Assembly: GCA_050084985.1 (NCBI GenBank)
Contig: JBITNC010000001.1
Coordinates: forward strand, 137,206,001-137,270,000
Direction: 5' to 3'
DNA length: 64,000 nucleotides
Origin: Nageia nagi
Lineage: Eukaryota; Plantae; Pinophyta
Shown: in pieces, positions 55,013-64,000 of the stretch
Numbering within the stretch: the first letter of the stretch is position 1
How the letters are laid out: each line of letters begins with the position of its first letter
The notes under the pieces: model-generated
Told to the model about the DNA's origin: nothing
What the model saw: the letters and a program-made list of their open reading frames with translations, nothing else
The model's database searches: none
Translations under genes and position numbers: made by a program

Positions 55013-56502
55013 GTTATGTAGCAAAGATGAAATAAATATGATATTATCATGGTTTTTAAGTGACCTACACTAGTGATGTCCTATAATAGATACATTATTT
55101 GCTCATGTAGGACCATGGCTATGAAAAATGATCATTAATATTTTAAGGGACTATGCTTCAAATCCATCATTCATATGAACATCAATAAAGCATAAAATAA
55201 AATTCATGAGAAAATACCTGAGTTTCAACCATCTCGTAATCTTGGAACTTAATGTCTATAGATTTTCAAAGAAGACCCACACTGCTAGCAATGTGAAATG
55301 CGCCTTTATTGATCCTATCTTCAATAATAGTGATCATTTTCTTGAATATATGTCATTTCCACAAAGAGATTAGAAAATAACATTGAAATATAAAGAAATA
55401 TTGATATGCCCCAATTTAAGAGATTTGTAGTAATTTTAAGCTATTGGTGGAATAGAATTGCCCATTTTGTGTGTAGGATTTTGGACAAACTGTATCAACC
55501 ACATTTTTGTATCATTTCAATATCTTGCAACAATAGCATGATACAAATAATTTGTTGTACCAATTTTTAGAACATGTTCAAGATAGAAACATTTACGAAC
55601 ATTTGAAATCCATCATTCTAGTGCACATGATATTCATGTAACAATTGCATAAAATCATGAGAAAAAATAAGGTAAGAAATTATCTAAAAGTGTATCCAAT
55701 TTATCTTTTTCCATGCCACTATTAGTGTCTAAAAGGATGAACAAACACCCAAATCAAATAGCACCCTCAATTTACGATGAGGCATGATTTTTGAGTATAC
55801 TTGCACTTGTTAACAAGCAAGATTTTGGAAGATAAAATTTTAATGTACCATACCAATAAGGCCAAATATTCATAACACAATTACATGTCATATAATGATA
55901 TTCAAGTATCATTCATCATTCCAAAAATTTGAAAATAAGTGGAATTGAAGAAGTGCCTTTCAAATTTTGCCTAATTTCTCTATTTTCACATCACTGGCAG
56001 TGTAGATTTAATACAAATATTATTTAAAAATGCAAATGCTACACTTTCAACCCAAGATGAGTGGTAGGCCTTTGAATTAATTCTATGTATTATTTTGAGT
56101 TATTTTCCCTTGGTTTTACGCATATCTCATGAAAATGGACACCCCTCGCAATGTGAAAATCACTAATTTATGTGTCCAAAAAGAGACATTGGACACTTAA
56201 AATATTTTCAAGCATTTTGGGTATAAAAAATAATGATTTCGCACACCATATGATGAAAAAGAGCGATGCCCTATTTTCTAGGTCAAAAGTTAACCTATAT
56301 AAGCAAATTTAGAAAATAAAAAGTCATTTTAACTTTTTCACTTTCTTGATTCAATGCTTTAGTTTTTTAGCCCTTCCTGTGTGACAAGGTGTTTCTAGAT
56401 TGGCATTTTCCTATCGGTTTCTTGCACGGATTAGAGTACTAGCTACCATTTGACCTTGGGTATCTTACTTCTTGCCATTTTGACTCATTCTACTCTTAGC
56501 AA

Positions 56503-58480
56503 ATGGTGATTGGAGAATAATCAACCACCTAATTATTGGCAGATATGGTCACATTGTTGAGTTACTATGCTCTCTCCCATATGACCATATGGTGAGCTCT
56601 TGTTCTTATTTTTGCTTATGCAATTTTGTTTTTATTTATTATTTTCAATTCTAGACATTTGTTTTACCACCTAGGCTCATCTTTTTTACATTTTTACCTT
56701 GCAAGAGTGCAAGGTCCTTATGAGAGCATGTCCTATGACTATTGTTGTGCTTGAGAAAGCACGAACATGGTTGAGGATTGCACATATTGATGATATCTTG
56801 GATAAATGCATTCTTTCATATTTAGCAATTGTTGAACATATCAAGTAGGATTTACCTCTTCTAATAGCATTGGCAAAGCATTAGGACCCTAATTTTTTCA
56901 CATTTCACCTACCCCCAGATGAAATATTAGTTACTTTACTTAACTGTACCACATCTAGAGTATCCCCATTAAGAGGAGTTTGGTTCAGTAGTGGGAGCTT
57001 ATAGATAATAAAGTTCATGAGCAAGAGGCTTTGTGGCTTACCTACAAGGTGAACCATGATTGGGAGAACCAGGCTATCCATCTTACAAAGGTGTGTTGGT
57101 TTGCACCAACAAGGTGCCATCTTCAATTGTATATTGTAGCCATTATAGCTAAATACCTATGTTCGAACAAGAGTAGTTCAAATTTTCCACTTGACCTAGT
57201 ATGGGTTATTAGGAAGATATGTGAGTGTGGGACCTAGTTTGCTTGGGTTCTAGTAGTTCTAGCTCAGTTGTATAGATATTTGTACAAATTCATGAGTGTT
57301 GATAAAATCAACATCATGATTGCTCATGCAAGCCTCCTATAAATATGGGTCTATGAGAACATAGTTGTTGTGTAGCCTATGGGTTTACAAATAGCTTGGG
57401 AGGACTTGAATAATGTAGCTCTTATATGTTGGACTTCACATTCTAGTGGATACAGATATCCACACTCCCTAGAGGCTCAAAGGATGAAGCTTGATAAGTT
57501 ATAGGTTGAGGACATTGTTTGGGTCTGCTTTCAAGACTTTGTTTGGCATTTAGATGTGTATCAACTTGCATGGATCCACCAGCATTGCTTTCTCCAAAAA
57601 TAGAGAAAGATTGTTGAGCCCTACCACCCTATTTATATTTTACGATAGTTTAGAATACAGTAGGATATCCCACCCATTCCCACAATGTATAGGTGGTATC
57701 TAATAGAGAAAGACTTACCTACAGGATCACAAATGATACCTACATGGAGGGCTTCTTAAGAGGAGCCATAAGTTATGGATGTAGCTACACATGTTTCTAC
57801 GGCTCCTAGGGTTTCCCTTAATTATGTTTCATGGTGGGTAGGAGTGTGCCTAGGTAATATAGGCATGGGTGAGGATGATAGCAATGATGAGGTGGCTACT
57901 AGTGAGGGATTAGAAAAGGATGAACCTTACTAGGTCAATAATCTAATCCATGAAGTACCTCCTTAAGAGAGAGATGGAGTAGGTGGTTTGGTTATTCTTA
58001 TTGCAGCTACCCTAGCATCAGGTAAAATGCTAACTCAACTTTATAATTTTATTAATTTTCATATTTATTTATAACCACAAAGTGACTAATCTTATTTTGT
58101 TTATGCAATAGTAGTTGTAGATGCCAAGATTGCTTCTTTAGAGGTAGAGGTTGCTATATTGAGGTCCATGGAGGCCCAACATACCACACTATAGTATACC
58201 CTTTTAGTAAAGGATGCCCAAATAGTGACATTAGAGCATTCCATGAAGAGGTTGCAAGAGCATTTGAGCATACCCCCTCCTGACCAGCAATGGGCCTTCA
58301 TTTAGAGCAAAGTCAAGTATGCTCACATGAAAACCCTTATTGAGAGCCATGGAGTGACAGTGAGAAAGCTCTCTAAAGATACATTAGCCATAGGGACCAA
58401 AGGAAATAGCAATTGTAGGGTTAGATCTAGGATGGATACAGTTAGCAATAGTCGTAGTGCCCACCCCTAGAGTGATTGTA
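56503..58480 (+). pseudogene. PMD pseudogene antisense to element C, with putative intron 58022-58120
   Basis: DLPLLIALAKH*DPNFFTFHLPPDEILVTL (~56850-56940), FAWVLVVLAQLY, LL*IWVYENI. Confidence 0.82.
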
Positions 58481-59399
58481 GGGCTAAGGGCCATTGTATA
58501 TTATGTACTATTTTTGGTAGAGATATATATGATTTTCTTCTTTTTAGACACAAAGACTTGTGCTAATGCAATATTTACTTTTTGTTGCTTTTTATGAATG
58601 TTTGTAATTTTTTATTGCTAATTGCTTAACACTACAAACACATGAGTTTGCAATAAAATATATGAACCTAATAATGAATCTACATGTGATATAACTAATA
58701 AATGAACTTAATATTCACAATTCACTCACAAAAAATAAAACAAGCAATCATAATGAAATATACATGCGATATAACTAATAATGATACCAATCAACCTAAC
58801 CTAATCAAGTCAAGTTCCAAAGTACCAAATGGATCCAAATGAAGAAGGGTGAGGTTTTTCTAGTAGACTATATGCAATCCCATCTAAGACTAGTCCATTA
58901 TACTTCAAAATATTTCAAGAAGCTAGAAATACTATCCTTGAAGATTATATCCTAGGAAATGCACACCACTAGCAGCATGAAATAGGCTTTATACATCATT
59001 GGCAATGTATTCATAATTGAATTAGGCTTGGGAGTGAAAAAAAAACATTGGAATATACAAAAAAAATAACAAAAAAAGGCATCGTACATATGCAAAAAAT
59101 TACTTAAGTTGCATGAAAACACAAAAAGACCCTACCTAACTAATATACACTATCTACGAATATGAGAAAACTTAAGCAATTACTTTGCATACTTGGGGAT
59201 ATTTTTCTACCCAAATATACTTTGCAAAGGTAGAGATAAAAAGAGGCACCTTTGGTTTAACAATTTCCATGACATTGGTGTCATGAAAATAGTGTTGGAC
59301 ATCATTAGCAATGTTCATTTTGACCTCATTTCTAATCTTGTTGTGAGGAACATGCCTATATCTATGATTGTTACCAAAATAATAACATAATTCATTGGA

Positions 59400-61516
59400 A
59401 ACACTCACCATGTCGATACAACCTCTTGGTTGTGAAGAAGGTAGAGGATAAGTGAAGACCCCTAGTTGCTCGTTGTTAGGATGTATAGGTCTTGCTTACT
59501 TAGTTGGTTTAGCATCCATCTTGATAGCTCCTTTGTTGATAAAATCCTATATAATATGCTTGAGAGACCTGCAATTGCATGTTAGATGTCTAGGTACCCT
59601 GTGATAATTACAAAGTTCTTCATAGTTAAAATGCTTAGGTACACCATTATGGAACTTAAGCTCAATAATAGGATGCAACTTAATAATATTTTCATCCAAT
59701 AAAACATTAAAAATATTATCAACAGTATCAGTTAAAGGAGTAAATTATCGCCTAGGTTTAGGGCTAGTTTTGCATTTATAAGTAACATTATTTTCTTCAG
59801 ACCTATTGATATTTTCAAGGATTAATTTTTGATGATGAGTGTTATCATTTTGTTCATAGCATAGAATTTTTTAATACATGGCTCTTTCTTGATAACTATA
59901 CCTATCATGTCTCCTAGTGACATATCATGGTTAAAGATGATGAATAGTTTATATGTAGGCAAGAGACCATTTGCAAAAGCATCTTTCAGATCTTTTTTAG
60001 GCATAGTTAATTCTATTAGCCATTTTTTTCCATATTTTTACAAAGTCCTTGATGGATTGATTAGGCAGTTACTTAATTTTCCACAAATCCTTAAAAGAGA
60101 CTTTCTTAGCAATATTATACCTAAATTCTTATAGGAATAAACAAATCAAATCTTCATACCTATAAATGCTATTTTTAGGAAGCTAAAAATACCGTTTGAG
60201 TCCATCATCTTTCAAACTATGGGAGAATAATATAGCTAACAAGTCTCTATCATGTATATATTCAATAGCTTCTTCTTGGATCTTACATACTATCAAACTT
60301 AGTAATTTTGACACTATTTTTCTCAGGAAGGGTCTTATCAAGAATTATATCAGTTAGTGGCCTCTTGAGACAAGATAAGAAATAATCTTCATCAACCAAG
60401 GTATTTTGAGGTGCTAAGTTGCTAATATTGGTTGAGTTAATTTTTGGGGATGGTGGTGGGATTTGAGGTGGACTATGAGTTGGGCTAGTTTTATGTCGAT
60501 CTTGTGTCTTTTTAAGTTCAACCTCTTTCAAAGAAACAAATTGACCTATGTAGTTAACCCTCTCATGCTCTAATATATCTAGTATTTTAGCTAGGAATTC
60601 TAATTATTTTTGTGAGGGTTCTTTGTAACAACTAGTAGTTTCTTGAACTTCAATAAGGATACTAGCTTCGATATGATGTTCTTCTAATGTCCAATTTGGT
60701 TGTAACTTGTAAGCTCAATTAATCATTTTATCAATTTATTGGTTGATAAGAGTTTCAGGATCTTGTTCTTATACAATATTCTTATCTTTATAATTCATAC
60801 CTTTTTTAAAGTGATCAAGCTTGAGGATGAGGTGGCTATATTCTTCATCATCTTCCTTCTAAGCATCATCTCCATTGATATTCTCCTCTGGTGGTTTCTC
60901 ACCCTCTATATTGGTCTCTAGAATAGGATTTATCTTACTTATTTTCATGTCACTAGCATCATGGTCATAGTCTAGCATGTCACTAGCATAGTCCTTTTTA
61001 TGATTAGATGCCTTCCATTTTGATGTTCTTGTAATTTCATAAGAAAATAGGCTATCTTCTAACTCTACAACCATAGTACATTCTTCGATTAATTCATAGT
61101 TAGTCAAAATATATTAATAATAAGAGGAGCATTATTCATAAGATAATATTTGATTTTTTATCTATCAGATAACACTTCTTGAATAGACCTAACATGATAA
61201 GGTATTCTATCCAATTCCAAAATTTCATCCAAACTATCAAAAGAATCTGAATGAGTTTCCATATTCTCAAATTTGGAAACATCAACACTAGCATATGTCT
61301 TAGGAATTTCACCAATAATATCCATTTTCTTCCTAGAGTGTGATGATTCAATGTCACTATGAGCATCAGGATGAGGTACTTGGGTAGATAATTTAGGGTT
61401 TTATTGAATATTCCTCCTAATCTCACTAACTTGTACTTTTGATTTGAACACTTTAGGGTTTTTTGCATTAAGGTCCATCTTTGGGATATAGGTAGAATAA
61501 ACCGTAGTTTTATCAT
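59400..61516 (-). pseudogene. gag pseudogene of element C
   Basis: ORFs 60283-60531 and 59822-60004 are homologous to B gag (FLSCLKRPLT, GLLPTYKLFII); CNYHRVPRH knuckle ~59600. Confidence 0.85.
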
Positions 61517-61599
61517 TCTCTTTGGCTACTATTTGAAGAGCTTCATCTAAAGGAACAAATAGTAATGAAAATAGATTCATGACTTCTCAGAAGATAAAA

Positions 61600-62266
61600 T
61601 GTAGACCCAAAATAATGCAATTAATTATTAATGAGAGTTAATTAATGCACTATTAGTCTATTTTATTTTTATTGACATATATCTAGAATATGACAATGAT
61701 GATTAAAAGGGCATACATGTTCATTTTATCCCAATCATATATTCAATTAACTAATGACATCATACATCAAGAACAAACATGCATTCATACATTAGCACAC
61801 CATTAGCAACCTAAATTTATCATGCCACTAATGGTGTGGAATAAGAAAAATTGAAAGTGTGATAAGAAATGAAAAGATGCTCAAATGAATGAGTACTTGT
61901 TCACTTATTTCAGATATGATATTCGCAACAGTCTCCCTTAGGTCCTACTCTTCATTTGTCTTTGGTCTTGTCATGGCTTTTGTAATTTCATGTAGCCTTA
62001 ATAATCTATATGATTTTCAATTGATAGAATCTATCACATCCTCTTCTTCAGAGATGATCCCCCTTTTTTTTTGTTTTCTTGCTTGCCTTTGATGTCTTTA
62101 TATAGCAACACTTCTATTATAAGATTTGACCCCTAGGTCATAATATAATGGACCATTACATGAATTACATAGCTTTGGGTATTTTTAACCCCTTTTTACA
62201 CAATACATCATTGAGGCTCTAAAATGAATTATTTAATAAATAATAATTCATTTTTATGTGTCTACA
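61600..62266 (-). repeat. 5' LTR of element C
   Basis: TGTAGA...TCTACA; TSD ATACT follows. Confidence 0.9.
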
Positions 62267-64000
62267 ATACTACCTTTGCAAAACTCTTATTGATTATGAA
62301 ACTAGATACACACCCATGGAAAAGCTTTGCTTGGGTATTGTTTTTGCTATAAAATAATTGAGGCATTATCTTTTATATTGCACTATATATTTTGTTAGCC
62401 TAGTTAATCCATTGAAATATCTTCTATAAAAATATCATTTATTAGGAAGAGTAGCTAAGTGGTTGATAATATTGCAAGAATCTGATATTTATTTGGTAAA
62501 GAAAAAATCAGTGAAAGGGTAGGCAATTGTAGACTTAATAGCAAACTTACCTCAGATTGATGTTACAATGGTACATTAAGAGTTTCCAAATCTAAGTATG
62601 ATGAAGATTCACATAGCAGTGCAACACTGACAAAAGGCCACCAACAACATCATATTGAAGAAACAAAAATTCTATATGACTTCATGTGTACATGGAGGAT
62701 GAACCTATAGCATGGACCCTATATTTTGATGGATCTAAGTGTTCTTAAAAAGTGAGGGAAGGTATTGTTTTAGTCTCACCTACCAAAGAGGTAATTCCTA
62801 TGGCTTATAAACTTGTATTTGAGTTCACTAATAACATGGCAAAGTATGAAGCTCTAATTTTAGGATCAAAAGCAACTATAACCCTAAATATAAAAGATTT
62901 GGAAATTTATGGTGACTCACAGATTATGGTAAATCAAGTTAATGATACATACAATACAAAAGATAAAAAGTTAAATCCATATAATATAGTAGTTGTTGAG
63001 TTTCTTGATGAATTTAATAGGTATAGTATTCAAAATATTATAAGGCCTAATAACAAGTATGCAAATGCAATGGCAAGTGCAACTTCATTGGAACCAATTG
63101 AGATACAAGATGAAGAAACCATTCTCAAGATTAGAAAACTTGGTACACATTCTTACCTTGATCACATAGAGCAAATCCATGAATTTCAACTTGATTTAGA
63201 AGATGATTTCGAAAAATGGTATATTGATATTTATAATTATTTAAAAGATCAAATAATTCCTTCAAACTATGATAGAAATGAAAGAGTTATATTAAATAAG
63301 ATAGCTATCAAATATGTGCTCATTGGTAAAGTATTATATAAATTTTCATTTTATGGTGCTCTTTTAAGATGTCTAACACAGCATGAAACATCAACAACAT
63401 TAGAACAAGCACATGATGGGTTGTGTGGAGGACATTTTCATGCAAAGCCATTATACACTAAGCTTTTATGAATTGGTTACTATTAGCCTACAATGGAAGA
63501 AGATTGCAAGAATCATGTTAAAACCTATTTACAATGTCAAAAGCATGCAAATTTGGAGAAATAACCAACTCAAGAATTGAATTCCATAGTTTCACCTTAG
63601 TCATTTGCAACATGGGCATAGATTTGATTGGGCTTATCAACCCACATTCAAGGGAAGGTCATAAATTCATTATCATAGCTATAGATTTTACCATGAAATA
63701 GGTTGAAGCCATTCCAATGAAATCAGTTACATATGATAATATCATTGCATTCTTGATACAGAATATCATAACCAGGTTTGAGGTGCCACAAAGGTTGATC
63801 ATAGATATTGGGCCAAATTTTAAAGGTAGATACATGAAATCCTTTTGTAAAAAAAATCACATTGCTCAAACATTTTCTTTGATTTATTAACCTCAAGGAA
63901 ATGGTTAAGAGAAAGCATCAAATAAAACCATAAAGAGCATTCTATCTAAAAAATTGGGATAGATATAAGGCAGATTAGCATGAATAGCTAATGTATGCAT
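62267..64000 (+). pseudogene. RNase H, archaeal-type RNase H and integrase of element E
   Basis: ETRYTPMEKLC; WTLYFDGS...TNNMAKYEALILG...GDSQ; HDGLCGGHF; IDLIG. Confidence 0.92.

Larger units (their letters stand above)
53226..62266 (-). mobile_element. Non-autonomous LTR element C (gag + antisense PMD, no pol), same architecture as B
   Basis: LTRs 53226-53928 and 61600-62266; TSD ATACT on both sides; PPT (reverse complement) ttttgcccctctttgg at 53929; PBS deleted. Confidence 0.92.
42853..64000 (+). mobile_element. Ty3/gypsy Ogre/Retand-type element E (PR-G-patch-RT-RH-aRH-INT), continues beyond the window
   Basis: 5' LTR 42853-43466 (T[A]TAGA...TCTACA); PBS tggtgaacc at 43470; pol domains split by inserts F and C. 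Confidence 0.88.

Noticed and set aside
62752-63471. Intact 239-aa RNase H gene
   Set aside because: Stop-free stretch of the decayed pol of element E, flanked by in-frame stops.

Overview
This window is plant heterochromatin, most likely gymnosperm (TatII-type domain order and SS-motif PPR remnants). It is a deeply nested stack of decayed, CpG-depleted transposons, and I found no intact host gene. LTR pairs and target-site duplications (TSDs) resolve the nesting. (1) A CRM-like chromovirus at 1-6394. (2) A Copia element at 6952-42547 (TSD AGGAT) swollen to 35.6 kb by insertions: pol-less gag+PMD element B (8362-17550, TSD CATCC), a LINE-like insert (19587-20916) and minus-strand TatII-type element D (22047-41145). 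D has a ~6 kb ORF-containing LTR that itself carries a hAT MITE. (3) Ogre/Retand-type element E (42853 to beyond 64000), interrupted by solo-LTR-like insert F (46840-52617, carrying a collapsed PPR-motif array) and a second gag+PMD element C (53226-62266, TSD ATACT). The most interesting signals are three. D has a giant gene-bearing LTR with a 49-bp-period palindromic motif array, a relic PPT and an anti-PBS in place of a PPT. B and C form a non-autonomous family with an antisense intron-containing PMD gene and a conserved hairpin-rich ~190-bp triple repeat. F holds a CpG-retaining, frame-broken PPR array antisense to a putative LTR promoter. All calls were made by eye without database searches.
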